Below are positions 27,265 to 37,161 of a stretch of DNA of 64,000 bases, one piece after another. Source of the stretch: an uncultured Lachnospiraceae bacterium (GTDB lineage: Bacteria; Bacillota; Clostridia; Lachnospirales; Lachnospiraceae); contig CANRBX010000001.1 of assembly GCA_947628955.1 (NCBI GenBank), positions 3,931 to 67,930 of the forward strand, read 5' to 3'. Every line of letters starts with the position of its first letter. Position 1 is the stretch's first letter. The position numbers were made by a program, and so were the translations under genes. The notes under the pieces are model-generated. The model was given only the letters and a program-made list of their open reading frames with translations. It was not told the origin of the DNA and ran no database searches.

Positions 27265-28906
27265 TCTGTTCTTCCTCCATCTGTATTTTCATCAGTTCTT
27301 TTGTGCTCTCTGTGACCTTTGCAGCCTCGCTGATCCGGTATCCCACGACCCAGAGTACGTGTGATCCGGCTGCAAGCAGCCAGATCCGGTCTCTCTGCGC
27401 GCGCGGCACCTTGAGGTCGATCAGATAATCCTTCAGTTTTTTCCGCCCGCCCCGGCTGTCGATCACCAGATAATCTCCGGGACGCCTTTTACGAAACTGT
27501 AAAATATTACTGTTTATTGTATCATATGAAAGCCATTTCGTATACTTTTTTTCTGTAATAATTTGATCCCTCAGCTCCGGGCGGTTCAGATAAAGCTCCG
27601 TCCGGACCCTCCTGCCGTCCGCCCGGAAGGTTCCGGGCACCGGAACCTGTATTTCCTGCTGCGCGGGGGTGTTTCTGTTTTCTCTCGCAGAAGCGTTTCT
27701 ATTTTCTCCGGCGGAAGTGTCTCCACTTTTTCCAACGGAAGTGTCTCGGTTCTCCCCGGTGGAGACGTTTCTGTTCTCTCCGGCGGAAGTGTCTCCGCTT
27801 TTGCCCGCGGAAGTGTCTCGGTTTTCCCCGACAGAGGCATCCCCGCTTTTGCCCGCGAAAATATCCCTGTCTTCTCCTGCGGGAACATTTCGGTTCTCTC
27901 CGGCAAGGCGTCCGGCTGTCCCCGGGAGCTCCGCGCCGGCTTCCCGCGTCAGCCGCACGATCTCCCTCTCCCGGACCGCACGGAGGCGCCCGGGCAGGCA
28001 GAGCTCTTTGCCGCAGTCCATTTCACACAGCGCCTCCAGAGCCTGCAGATGCACGCGCCCAAAATCCTTCAGGCCCCCGCACATTCCCACCGCACGTTTC
28101 AGAAGCTCCTGCCGGATCAGAGGATCCCGCTCCCGCCACAGCGGAAGGTCTATGCAGAGCGAAGCCCCGTCCTCACAGATGCAGGATCCGGCCGCGCGGT
28201 CTGTCTCCCGGTCCAGATATTCCTGCACCTGGCGCAGCCGGCCGGCCGCCTCCGCGATATGCCCGGCGGCCCGGCTGTTCAGATCCCGCTCCATCTGCGG
28301 GAGCAGGGACAGCCGGATGCGGTTTCGCGTGTACTCCGTCTGCAGATTCGTCCGATCCGTCCTCCAGGACAGTCCTGCCTCCCTCAGAATTTCCTCAATC
28401 CGCGCGCGGTCCGTAAACAGAAGCGGCCGGATGATGTCTCCCCGCACGGGGCTCATCCCGCAGAGTCCCCGAAGCCCGCTGCCCCGCGCCAGGTTCCACA
28501 GCACAGTCTCCGCCTGGTCGTTCTGATTGTGGGCCACGGCGATGCGCTGTGCGCCGCACTCCTTCTGTATTTCATGAAAGGTCCGGTAGCGCTCCCTGCG
28601 GCCCGCCTCCTCCGTCGAGAGGCCCTCGGCGCGCGCCAGCTGCGCCGCCTGCACATGCACGACACGGCACGGTACCTCAAACCGGGCGCACAGCTCCTGC
28701 GTAAACGCCGCGTCTGCAAGGCTTTCTTCGCCGCGAAGCCCGTGCTCCACATGCACAGCCGTCAGCTCGAACGGCACCATCTTCCGGTATTCGCACAGCG
28801 CAAAGAGAAGGCACACGGAATCCGCACCACCCGAGATCCCGGCGATCACGTGCATTCCAGACCCGATCATGTGGTATTGTTCGATTGTCTCTATAATGCT
28901 GTGCAT
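27185..28906 (-). CDS. tilS: tRNA(Ile)-lysidine synthetase with repeat insertion
   Basis: SGGADS, AHNQNDQAET, RNRIR, TilS-C KKLKDYLIDLKVP; tilS-hpt-ftsH synteny. Confidence 0.93.
   Translation of the reverse strand: MHSIIETIEQYHMIGSGMHVIAGISGGADSVCLLFALCEYRKMVPFELTAVHVEHGLRGEESLADAAFTQELCARFEVPCRVVHVQAAQLARAEGLSTEEAGRRERYRTFHEIQKECGAQRIAVAHNQNDQAETVLWNLARGSGLRGLCGMSPVRGDIIRPLLFTDRARIEEILREAGLSWRTDRTNLQTEYTRNRIRLSLLPQMERDLNSRAAGHIAEAAGRLRQVQEYLDRETDRAAGSCICEDGASLCIDLPLWRERDPLIRQELLKRAVGMCGGLKDFGRVHLQALEALCEMDCGKELCLPGRLRAVREREIVRLTREAGAELPGTAGRLAGENRNVPAGEDRDIFAGKSGDASVGENRDTSAGKSGDTSAGENRNVSTGENRDTSVGKSGDTSAGENRNASARENRNTPAQQEIQVPVPGTFRADGRRVRTELYLNRPELRDQIITEKKYTKWLSYDTINSNILQFRKRRPGDYLVIDSRGGRKKLKDYLIDLKVPRAQRDRIWLLAAGSHVLWVVGYRISEAAKVTESTKELMKIQMEEEQNEGKDTDFADRTGSQQLHCTDGCAYQ
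27664..27905 (-). repeat. 24-bp coding tandem repeat x10 inside tilS
   Basis: 8-aa units AGENRNVP, AGEDRDIF, AGKSGDAS, VGENRDTS and so on. Confidence 0.9.
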
Positions 28907-28954
28907 TTTCTCATCCCTTCCGTACAGTATCTTCCGGCCCGGACATCGCCGCCG

Positions 28955-30436
28955 CTATTTCTCCCAGATCGTCCCGACCAGGATCGTCATGTCGTCCCGC
29001 GCCTGCAGCTTCTGCATCAGATATACCTTCTCCATCAGGCGTCTCGCATATTCCTTCGCATTGCGCGTCGCGCTCCTGCCGATCAGCTCCGCCATGAGCC
29101 GTTCGCGGTCCTCCTGCGGCAGCGCGTCCATCACGCCGTCTGTCATCATGATGATGCTGCTTCCCGCCCTGAGCTGCCTGTGCATGCTCTCATAATCCGA
29201 CTGCTGGAGCACTCCGGCCGGAAACGCATTCGAGTGTATCACCTCGATCTCATTTCCCTGGAACAGGAAGGTCGAGGCCGCCCCGGATTTGATCATGTCG
29301 CAGCCGGCGCTGTACAGGTCAACCATACACAGGTCGATCGTGGAAAACATCTGCTGCCTGTTCTGCAGGAGCATGCAGGAATTGATCATCCGCACCGCCG
29401 TCTCCTGCGGAAACCCGGCGTTCAGAAACTGTTCCAGAAGCTCGATCACCTTCTCGCTTTCCCGGCAGGCCCGTACGCCGGATCCCATGCCGTCCGCCAG
29501 GCTCATGACCACCTTGCCCGTGTCCCTCTGCAGAAATGCATAGTTGTCACCGGAAACCATCTCTCCGGCCTTCGTGATCCTGGAGATCCCGCAGAAGATC
29601 TGAAATTTTGTGTCCGGCACAAAGTGAAAATTGGCCGGCTCCCCGTTTACCGCCGCGCGGCAGTTCCAGGCCGGGCGCATTTTCTCGCCGCAGCATTCCG
29701 ACAGGACTTCCGCGATCGTCTTTGCCGACACACAGGCCCGCTTTCCGCTTCTCAGCAGCAGATAGACCTCCATCCGCTGTTTCTCACAGATAAACACGCG
29801 GAGATCTTCCAGCTCGATGTCCAGGTATCTCAGTTCCCTCCGCAGCTTTTTCCAGATTTTCTGCTCCCGCTCCGGCGCGCCTGCAAACCCGTCCGCCGCG
29901 TGCTTCAGAAGCTCCGCCGTCTGAAAGATCTGTTCCCCCGTGGCCGTCCGCTGCTCCAGCATCCGGTTGTTCCACATCAGATCCATTCTCGCCTGGCTGT
30001 AGCATTCGCAAGCGGCCCCTGCCAGCAGCTCCGGCGACCCGCACTGCAGCTCCAGGCGCTCCCTCAGCCCGGGCGACAGCTCCCCCTCGCGCCCCAGCTC
30101 GTCCAGCATCTCATACAGGATCCGGCAGCTCTCAAAATATCTGCTGCCCCAGCACTCCTCCATCCGCGCGCAATCTGTGCACGCCTGTTCCTTCACGGCC
30201 TGGAAAAGTCCCTCCATATCCGCGTCGCCCAGGCGCTCCTTCTGACACGGCATCGCCTGGAACAACTTCGAGAGTCCGTAAAACGCCTCCGCGTACTGTT
30301 CCAGCTGCTCTTTCTCCGGGAGCGGATAAACCGCGCTGCCCGTCCTCTGGCCGCGCTCCTCCCTCCTGCCGCGGATCCGTGCTCCGTTCGCCAGCCACTG
30401 CCCCGCTCTCCATCCTGACATCGCTAATGCACACAT
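28955..30436 (-). CDS. spoIIE: SpoIIE-family PP2C phosphatase (no N-terminal membrane domain)
   Basis: CTDC...ECW region, SGDNY, LADGMGSG, FSTIDL, MTDGV, DDMT; located between divIC and tilS. Confidence 0.85.
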   Translation of the reverse strand: MCALAMSGWRAGQWLANGARIRGRREERGQRTGSAVYPLPEKEQLEQYAEAFYGLSKLFQAMPCQKERLGDADMEGLFQAVKEQACTDCARMEECWGSRYFESCRILYEMLDELGREGELSPGLRERLELQCGSPELLAGAACECYSQARMDLMWNNRMLEQRTATGEQIFQTAELLKHAADGFAGAPEREQKIWKKLRRELRYLDIELEDLRVFICEKQRMEVYLLLRSGKRACVSAKTIAEVLSECCGEKMRPAWNCRAAVNGEPANFHFVPDTKFQIFCGISRITKAGEMVSGDNYAFLQRDTGKVVMSLADGMGSGVRACRESEKVIELLEQFLNAGFPQETAVRMINSCMLLQNRQQMFSTIDLCMVDLYSAGCDMIKSGAASTFLFQGNEIEVIHSNAFPAGVLQQSDYESMHRQLRAGSSIIMMTDGVMDALPQEDRERLMAELIGRSATRNAKEYARRLMEKVYLMQKLQARDDMTILVGTIWEK

Positions 30437-30855
30437 ACCGATCCCTCCCCTTTTTGTCCTGCCCGTACCGGCACAGCCGCTCCGGCCTGTCCCGGGCAGC
30501 CGCCATTGCGGAAAGCTTACCATACCGGGAGTGCAATATCTGTCAGAATTTCGTTCCTCTGCAAATTTTTTTAGAGGCCATTCGTCTTCCGCCAAGGCCG
30601 GAAACAGGAGCCGGGAAAGTCCGGCAAACGTCCAGGAATGTCCGATGAATGTCCAAGAAAGCCCGACGGCGTCTCTAATGTCCAGACGAACTGGACTGCC
30701 ATTGAGACCGGGCTTTCTTAAAGCAAAACAAAGTAAGCAAGCCCATTTCAGCCTGCAAACCTCTCATCCTTCAGGGGCTTGCGCACTTTGCGCGCGGATG
30801 TGCAGCTGCGAAGCGGCTTTCCCCTGCACATCCTGCGCATCCATGCGCGGAGCGC

Positions 30856-30922
30856 TTTTTTATGCGATAGGAAGGGCGTTTCATGCGTCAGCGTGACAGG
30901 ATCATTCCTATCGCATAAAAAA
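30856..30922. repeat. 18-bp perfect inverted repeat with 31-nt spacer
   Basis: ttttttatgcgataggaa ... ttcctatcgcataaaaaa. Confidence 0.8.
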
Positions 30923-30956
30923 TACAGGAGGTGCTTTCACCCCCTGCGATAATCTG

Positions 30957-31262
30957 TCAGTTTTCCGCCTGAAAAAGAATCTCATCCCTGTAGACCAGCC
31001 CGAGCTTGTCCCGGGCAATCTTCTCAATGTATTCCGGAGAATTTATATAATCATGAAGATTCTCTATCTCTGCCGCCCGGAGCTCTTCATCGCTGATCTG
31101 CTGCTCCAGCTGGCTCTTCTGTGCTTCGTACTGCCTGTTCCGGGCACTGAGCTTCTGGCTCTGTACAAGCAGACCCACAAGCAGCACCATAACGATCGCA
31201 GCAATCGCAACCATTCCCCTTCTGTTGCTACTGCTGGGCTTTTTCTTCCTTCTTGCCATCAC
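30957..31262 (-). CDS. divIC: Septum formation initiator (DivIC/FtsB family)
   Basis: TM helix, coiled coil, YIEKIARDKLGLV...EI. Confidence 0.88.
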   Translation of the reverse strand: MMARRKKKPSSSNRRGMVAIAAIVMVLLVGLLVQSQKLSARNRQYEAQKSQLEQQISDEELRAAEIENLHDYINSPEYIEKIARDKLGLVYRDEILFQAEN

Positions 31263-31710
31263 AGTTACCCCTTAATTTTTTCCTGAATTTATTGTAACCG
31301 CTTTTTCCTGCAATTTCAATTATTTTCTTTATAAAACGACAAATTTTTTTTGCAGGCCATGACACGACGCCCATGATCGCACAAAAGATCCGCTTTACCG
31401 ACAGAAAGAGCCGCGCGAACACCCGGACAACCAGCGCGCTGACGGAAAAATGATACAGGACAGCTCCGATCAGGATCCCGGCCGCCACGTACCCGCGGAT
31501 CACGCCGTCCGTGCGGAAAAACGCAAGGCAGAATGTGAGAAACCCGGTCGCCGTCCAGAAGAGAAAATCCTCAGCGGAAACCGCGGCAATCCCATGCCGG
31601 AAAGCCCTGCGCGCCGCACGAAGCAGGTCGTAGCAGAAGGTGAGACAGGCTCCGTGGAGCACTGACAGAAAGAACATCACTGTCTCCTGCCGGATGACCT
31701 CGCTCATCAT
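31228..31710 (-). CDS. yabQ: Spore cortex biosynthesis protein YabQ
   Basis: Hydrophobic, YDLLR...EDFLFW...GVIRGY; synteny. Confidence 0.85.
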   Translation of the reverse strand: MMSEVIRQETVMFFLSVLHGACLTFCYDLLRAARRAFRHGIAAVSAEDFLFWTATGFLTFCLAFFRTDGVIRGYVAAGILIGAVLYHFSVSALVVRVFARLFLSVKRIFCAIMGVVSWPAKKICRFIKKIIEIAGKSGYNKFRKKLRGNCDGKKEEKAQQ

Positions 31711-31985
31711 CGGAACATCCTCTTCATCAGGCTGCCCCTTTTCGCCGGATTGCTGCCGGAATACACGAGGCTGTCTACATTTCCTTCCATCTCCACCTCG
31801 CCCTGATCCAGCATCAGCTTCCCGATATGAAGATTTCTTCCCTTCACGGTAAGCATCCCCTGCTCTGTCTCCAGAACGATCGAATTCTCGTCAAAGGAGA
31901 GCACGTCCCTGACGCCGGTGACGCTGCCCGCCTTTCTGTCTCTCCACGCGATGCTGTGCGGCTTCACACTCTTTTTTTCTTCCAT
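31707..31985 (-). CDS. yabP: Sporulation protein YabP
   Basis: VTGVRDVLSFDE...GMLTVKGRNLHI...EGNVDSLVY. Confidence 0.9.
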   Translation of the reverse strand: MEEKKSVKPHSIAWRDRKAGSVTGVRDVLSFDENSIVLETEQGMLTVKGRNLHIGKLMLDQGEVEMEGNVDSLVYSGSNPAKRGSLMKRMFR

Positions 31986-32164
31986 ACTGCACTCCGGAAC
32001 ATACCAAGTTAATTCTATTGTATGTGCGCGCCAATGTGCATATGCCATCCGATTCCGCTCTGCCCGGCCGGCCTGCCGGCTGACCGGTTTTTCCTGTTCG
32101 AGCTGACCTGCCGGCCGGCTGATCGGCTGACCGGCTCTCCCTGTGCCGGCTGACCCGCCGGCCC

Positions 32165-32404
32165 TTACAGATACCGGTACATCTCTGCCGCCTCTTCCTT
32201 GCGGACCGTCTCCTGCACGGACAGCACCTCCACCTTCACGGTCCGGCTTCCGAACTGGATCTCAATCTCGTCGCCTTCCTTTACGTTCACAGACGCCTTG
32301 GCCGGCTTCCCATTCACAGACACTCTGCCCGCATCACAGGCCTCGTTCGCCACAGTGCGCCGCCTGATCAGCCTTGACACCTTCAAGTATTTATCCAGAC
32401 GCAT
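32165..32404 (-). CDS. yabO: RNA-binding S4-domain protein (YabO/RqcP)
   Basis: MRLDKYLKVSRLIRRRTVANEAC. Confidence 0.92.
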   Translation of the reverse strand: MRLDKYLKVSRLIRRRTVANEACDAGRVSVNGKPAKASVNVKEGDEIEIQFGSRTVKVEVLSVQETVRKEEAAEMYRYL

Positions 32405-32421
32405 ATAAATATCTCCTTCCT

Positions 32422-32490
32422 ATGATACTGGGATCAAATGATGTCATACGGATTGTTATTGTTCCGTGCTGCGCATTTCCACAATCCTGC
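32422..32490 (+). mobile_element. Left-end fragment of the MITE at 24382
   Basis: atgatactgggatcaaatgatgtcatacggattgtt...ccacaatcctgc aligns with 24382..24444. Confidence 0.8.
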
Positions 32491-32569
32491 ATCTCCCCAT
32501 AAAATAAGAAGACTGCCACAGATCCGCAGATGCTGCAGCAGCCTTACATAATTTGCCTGATCGGTTTCC

Positions 32570-32842
32570 TTAATTCAGCTGATCCTTCAGAGCCTTTCCA
32601 GCCTTGAACTTCGGTGATCTGGAAGCCTTGATCTTCATCGTCTCGCCGGTCAGCGGGTTTCTGCCGTCTCTGGCCGCGCGCTCGCTCACCTCGAAAGTGC
32701 CAAAGCCTACCAGCTGAACCTTCTCGCCGTTTTTGAGCTGCTCAGCAACTACATCCGTAAAAGCCCTGAGAGCCTTCTCTGCATCCTTTCTGGACAGTTC
32801 AGTCTTCTCAGCGATAGCCGCAACTAATTCGGTCTTATTCAT
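32570..32842 (-). CDS. hup: DNA-binding protein HU
   Basis: MNKTELV...VQLVGFGTFEV.ERAARDGRNP.TG. Confidence 0.96.
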   Translation of the reverse strand: MNKTELVAAIAEKTELSRKDAEKALRAFTDVVAEQLKNGEKVQLVGFGTFEVSERAARDGRNPLTGETMKIKASRSPKFKAGKALKDQLN

Positions 32843-32943
32843 AGCAATTTCCTCCTCTGAATCTAATCTGCCGTCTCCGGTTTCTGTGCAGATTTTAGTA
32901 ACATAAAGAACCCGCTCCTTGTCCAGATCAGGCCCTGTTATTA

Positions 32944-32972
32944 TTTATATAATGATATATCTTTTTTGTCAA
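32944..32972 (-). promoter_or_regulatory. Sigma-A promoter for HU
   Basis: TTGACA-17-TATAAA on the minus strand. Confidence 0.65.
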
Positions 32973-32993
32973 GGACTTCCTTGATTTACTATG

Positions 32994-33240
32994 AAAGCCC
33001 GGTCTCCATGCGGAGACGGGCGGCAAATTCATCTGCTGGTCCGGCTATGCATGAGAGACGCTATATGTATGAGCAATGCAGCAGCACGAGCAGAGCGCGT
33101 GATGCGATTTGCGAATACATACAGGATTGCGGGAGCACGCAGTGCGGAGCAATCCGCCGGGCTTTCATATATAGTGTCCCGGAAAAGCCCGGTCTCCATG
33201 CGGAGACGGGCGGCAAATTCATTTGCCGATCCGGCTATGC
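32994..33240. repeat. 57-bp direct repeats (32994..33050 and 33184..33240) containing a hairpin and the mazG stop
   Basis: aaagcccggtctccatgcggagacgggcggcaaattcat...tccggctatgc twice, period 190 bp. Confidence 0.85.
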
Positions 33241-33732
33241 CTGACCCAGCACTTTTATTACCTGCCTGGCCGCATCGGCATACGCCTCCTGCTCCATGCG
33301 CTCCTGTTCCGGGGTGCGGCCCTTCTTTTCCTCGCGCTTGACCGCCTCCCAGAGGCCCGGTATCTCTTCCTTCAGGGGCGTTTTGTCCGAATCCCCGAAC
33401 ACATGCGGATGGCGGCGCAGCATCTTGCGGCCGATCCCGCGGACTACGTCCTCAATGGAAAAAAGTCCTTCCTCCTGAGCGATCTGTGCCAGGAGCACTA
33501 CCTGCAGCAGAACGTCGCCCAGCTCTTCGCAGAGATTTGCGGCGTCCCCGGAGGCCCGACAGAGATCGATCCCGGCCACCGCCTCTGTCATCTCATGGAT
33601 CATGCACGGCTTCAGGCTCTCAAATGTCTGTGACCTGTCCCACGGGCAGCCGTTCTCGCCGCGCAGCGCCGCCACAATTTTTACAAAGGCGTCAAAGCTG
33701 CCGCAGTCGATGTCTTCGTAGTCCGTCGCCAT
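33235..33732 (-). CDS. mazG: MazG-family nucleotide pyrophosphohydrolase (single domain)
   Basis: LRGENGCPWD.SQT, EELGDVLLQV, KMLRRHPHVFG. Confidence 0.88.
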   Translation of the reverse strand: MATDYEDIDCGSFDAFVKIVAALRGENGCPWDRSQTFESLKPCMIHEMTEAVAGIDLCRASGDAANLCEELGDVLLQVVLLAQIAQEEGLFSIEDVVRGIGRKMLRRHPHVFGDSDKTPLKEEIPGLWEAVKREEKKGRTPEQERMEQEAYADAARQVIKVLGQA

Positions 33733-33747
33733 ATGGGTTCCCTGCCC

Positions 33748-33873
33748 TTCTATGCAGCATTATTCTTCTGTATAGCAATGCTTTTCCTACAGCACCGTCT
33801 TTCTATACGGCATTGCTTTTCCTGCATCATCTTTCTATACGGCATTGCTTTTTCTGCAGCGCCGTCTCTCTAT
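33748..33873. repeat. About 32-35-bp intergenic tandem repeat
   Basis: tctttctatacggcattgctttt twice plus degenerate flanking units. Confidence 0.7.
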
Positions 33874-33965
33874 AGGAATGACAGCATGTCCCGCCGGGCA
33901 GGCCGGTTCCGTCCGTTCCGTCAGGCCCGGACGTCCCGGCCGGCTTTCCCGGCGCGGCGGACATG

Positions 33966-35702
33966 TCAGATCATCTCGTTGATCATGGCCAGCACCTGCT
34001 CGCCGAGCGCTGCGGACTTCGCGTCTGCATCCTCCAGCGAAGCGCCCTTGATCCCATAGTAGAATTTCACCTTCGGCTCTGTGCCGGACGGGCGGACGCA
34101 CAGCCACGCGTCATCCGTCAGATCGTAGTAGAGCACATTGGAGGCCGGAAGTCCGGTCGGCTTCACCGCGCCCGTCTTTACGTCTGTAATCGTGTCTGCC
34201 TTGTAGTCGCGCACGGAAGTCACGGTATAGCCCCCGATCTCCTTTGGCGGATTCTCGCGCAGGGTATTCAGAACCTCCTGAATCTTCTGCAGGCCCTCCA
34301 CGCCTTTCAGCGTGATGGACTTGATATCGTCCTTGTAATAGCCGTAGCGCTCATACAGCTCAAGCATCGCATCCCAGAGCGTCTTGCCCTGTGCCTTGTA
34401 GAATGCAGCCGCCTCCGCAAGCGCCATGGATGCCACGATCGCGTCCTTGTCGCGCGCATGCGTGCCGATCAGGCAGCCGTAGCTCTCCTCGAAGCCGAAC
34501 AGGTACGTGCCCTTTCCGCTCTTCTCGAAGCCGAGGATCTGCTGGCCGATATATTTGAAGCCGGTCAGCACCTCGATGAGGCCCGTCCCATAATATTTCG
34601 CGATCGCGTCCGCCATGTTCGTCGTCACGATCGTCTTGATCAGGAATCCGTCGTCCGGAAGCCCCTTCACCGCCTTCGTCTGGCCGATCTCGTAGTCTGC
34701 AAGCAGGCAGCCGGACATATTTCCGGTCAGAGTGTGATACTCGCCGGTCCTGGAATCCTTCACGCGCACGCCGAGCCGGTCCGCATCCGGGTCGGTCGCG
34801 AGCACAAGGTCCGCGTCGATCTCCTTCGCCAGCTTCAGACCGAGAGCAAACGCTTCCTCAGCCTCCGGATTCGGGTAGCTCACCGTCGGGAAGTCACCGT
34901 CCGGCTTTTCCTGCTCCGGCACCACATATACGTGCTCGAAGCCGAGCTCCTTCAGGACGCGGCGCACCGGTATATTGCCCGTGCCGTGGAGCGGCGTGTA
35001 AACGATCTTCAGATTTTTGCTCTCCTGGCTGATCGCCTCCGGGTGGAGCACACGGCTCTTCAGCTGCGCGATAAACGCATCGTCGATCTTAGCGCCGATC
35101 ACCTCATAGAGGCCTGCCGCAGCTGCTTCCTCCCTGCTCATGGTCTTCGCGGAGGTGTAGTCCGTGATCGCCTTTACCTCACCCATAATACCGGTATCGT
35201 GCGGCGGCGTGATCTGCGCGCCGTCCTCCCAGTATACCTTGTAGCCATTGTATTCCGGCGGATTGTGGCTGGCCGTGATGTTGATGCCGGCAATGCAGCC
35301 GAGCTCACGCACCGCGAACGACAGCTCCGGCGTGGGGCGCAGCGATTCAAACACATACGCCTTGATCCCGTTCGCCGCCAGCGTCTCCGCCGCGAAATCC
35401 GCAAACTCCGGGGACATCCTGCGGGAATCATAGGCGATCGCTACGCTCTTGTTCGGCACATTCTGCTTAAGAATGTAGTTCGCCAGCCCCTGCGTCGCCT
35501 TCTGTACCACATACTTGTTCATGCGGTTCGTGCCGGCCCCGATGACGCCGCGCAGCCCGGCGGTGCCGAACTCCAGCTCCGTGTAAAAGCGGTCCCGGAT
35601 CTCATTCTCATCCCCCGCGATTGCCTTCAGCTCCGCCCTCGTCTGCTCATCAAAATGCGGATTTGAAAGCCAGTCCTCGTACACTTTTTTGTAGTCTTCC
35701 AT
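33966..35702 (-). CDS. pgm: Phosphoglucomutase/phosphomannomutase
   Basis: FGTAGLRG, TASHNP, DPDADR, FEESYG, RPSGTEPK. Confidence 0.93.
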   Translation of the reverse strand: MEDYKKVYEDWLSNPHFDEQTRAELKAIAGDENEIRDRFYTELEFGTAGLRGVIGAGTNRMNKYVVQKATQGLANYILKQNVPNKSVAIAYDSRRMSPEFADFAAETLAANGIKAYVFESLRPTPELSFAVRELGCIAGINITASHNPPEYNGYKVYWEDGAQITPPHDTGIMGEVKAITDYTSAKTMSREEAAAAGLYEVIGAKIDDAFIAQLKSRVLHPEAISQESKNLKIVYTPLHGTGNIPVRRVLKELGFEHVYVVPEQEKPDGDFPTVSYPNPEAEEAFALGLKLAKEIDADLVLATDPDADRLGVRVKDSRTGEYHTLTGNMSGCLLADYEIGQTKAVKGLPDDGFLIKTIVTTNMADAIAKYYGTGLIEVLTGFKYIGQQILGFEKSGKGTYLFGFEESYGCLIGTHARDKDAIVASMALAEAAAFYKAQGKTLWDAMLELYERYGYYKDDIKSITLKGVEGLQKIQEVLNTLRENPPKEIGGYTVTSVRDYKADTITDVKTGAVKPTGLPASNVLYYDLTDDAWLCVRPSGTEPKVKFYYGIKGASLEDADAKSAALGEQVLAMINEMI

Positions 35703-35955
35703 GATCTTCCTCCTGTTTCTTTCCGATTTTGCCGGTCACGCAGCCTCCGGCAGACCGTCCGGAATATTCCCCCGGCCGCCCTTTCCTCTTCCGGGCAGCC
35801 TCGTCTCTCCGGAAACCTCTCCGCCGCTGTGCACGCTGCTGCAGTCATCCGGCAGGCATATCGCGCTGTGTATATTTTATCATGAAAACTCCTAAAAAGA
35901 AACAGAATTTCCAACATTTATATTGTTTTATCGGTTTTTATCGCCGCCGGGGCAC

Positions 35956-36954
35956 TCACCGCTTCGCAAGATCCCCCTCCAGCATTTTCACAAAGCCGCT
36001 GCGCATTTCTTCCTGGCGGTTCAGATTCCCGAGCTTTTCAAGAAATCTCCCGGAAATCCATGCCTTATTGCTTCCATAATAATAATTTGCCAGCTTGCGG
36101 AATTTCTCCGGATATAGCATCCGCACATACAGAAGCCTGCGCTCCTCCGCCGGAATCGGGCGCACCTGCGCATAGTGATCCAGCATGCGCATCCCGAGCC
36201 TCGTGTTCCAGTTATGCTTTTCCAGAATCTTCCGCATAAAGCGGTAGAGATCGTTGATCTGGCAGTCGAAACGGCAGCACTCAAAATTCGTCGTCGCGAT
36301 CTCATAGCCCGACATCAGGATGTGGTGATGATTGTAATCGCCGTGGCACACGCTGCCCTGACGGCCCGACCGCGCCGGATCCGGCCTCTCCAGGCCCTCC
36401 AGCTCCTGCTCAGCCTCGACTGCCTGCTCAAAATATCTGGAAAAACAGTCCAGGAACATCCGCTCAAATTCGCACTTCGCATTTTTTTTGCGAATAAAAG
36501 AGCGGATCTTTTTCAGTTCCGCATTCTGTGCCCGGATTTCCTTCAGAGGTTCCTGCGCTGTAAAGTTCCTGCGAAATTCGTTCTCCGCCCCCAGATGCAT
36601 CAGTCTGTGCAGGCCGGCCAGGTTGCGCACCGCCTCCAGGATCTCATTCTCGCTGGCGGTATCGCACTCGCGGCCGGTATACCATTCCTTCACAACGTAT
36701 TTATTGTCCTCCCAGTCCCTGGAGATCAGCTCCCCTTCCCGGTTGGGTATGATCATATCTACATTTTTATATCCGCCGCTGCGGATCTTCTCCATCACGC
36801 AGTTCTGAAACAGCGCCTTATTCTCCGAGCCGGTATAATCACACAAAATCCTCAGCCCCTGCGTCGTCTCACAGATGTAGGATCCTCTGCCCCGTCTGGT
36901 GCCCGTGACCTCCAGATCATATTGTTCCAGTACCTTCAAAGCCCTGTCGTTCAT
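35956..36954 (-). CDS. CotS-family spore coat protein (kinase-like fold)
   Basis: VLEQYDL, EWYTGREC, CHGDYNHH, YPEKFRKLANYYY. Confidence 0.82.
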   Translation of the reverse strand: MNDRALKVLEQYDLEVTGTRRGRGSYICETTQGLRILCDYTGSENKALFQNCVMEKIRSGGYKNVDMIIPNREGELISRDWEDNKYVVKEWYTGRECDTASENEILEAVRNLAGLHRLMHLGAENEFRRNFTAQEPLKEIRAQNAELKKIRSFIRKKNAKCEFERMFLDCFSRYFEQAVEAEQELEGLERPDPARSGRQGSVCHGDYNHHHILMSGYEIATTNFECCRFDCQINDLYRFMRKILEKHNWNTRLGMRMLDHYAQVRPIPAEERRLLYVRMLYPEKFRKLANYYYGSNKAWISGRFLEKLGNLNRQEEMRSGFVKMLEGDLAKR

Positions 36955-37161
36955 ACTGTTCCCCCATTCCTGCGGCGTTTGTCCGACATGACGCCACGTT
37001 CTTTCTATCATATGAAACGGGGGCTGAAAATATAACGCGGCTTTGCGCGCACCGACAGAAACAGGGCCGCACAGCTGCAGGAAAAACACCGCAGTCTGCG
37101 GCTGCGCGGATCCCGCGGCAGACAGCTTCGCAGATCCGCATCAGGAAAAGCGGAACAGATT

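Noticed and set aside
27563-30418. 951-aa plus-strand ORF, and similar long ORFs at 15456, 19705, 22210, 24926, 33963, 43863, 50635 and 57313
   Set aside because: Antisense shadows of well-supported genes caused by high-GC codon bias; no recognisable motifs.
30440-30950. tRNA genes between divIC and spoIIE, as in Bacillus
   Set aside because: No cloverleaf or TTCGA T-loop context was recognised.
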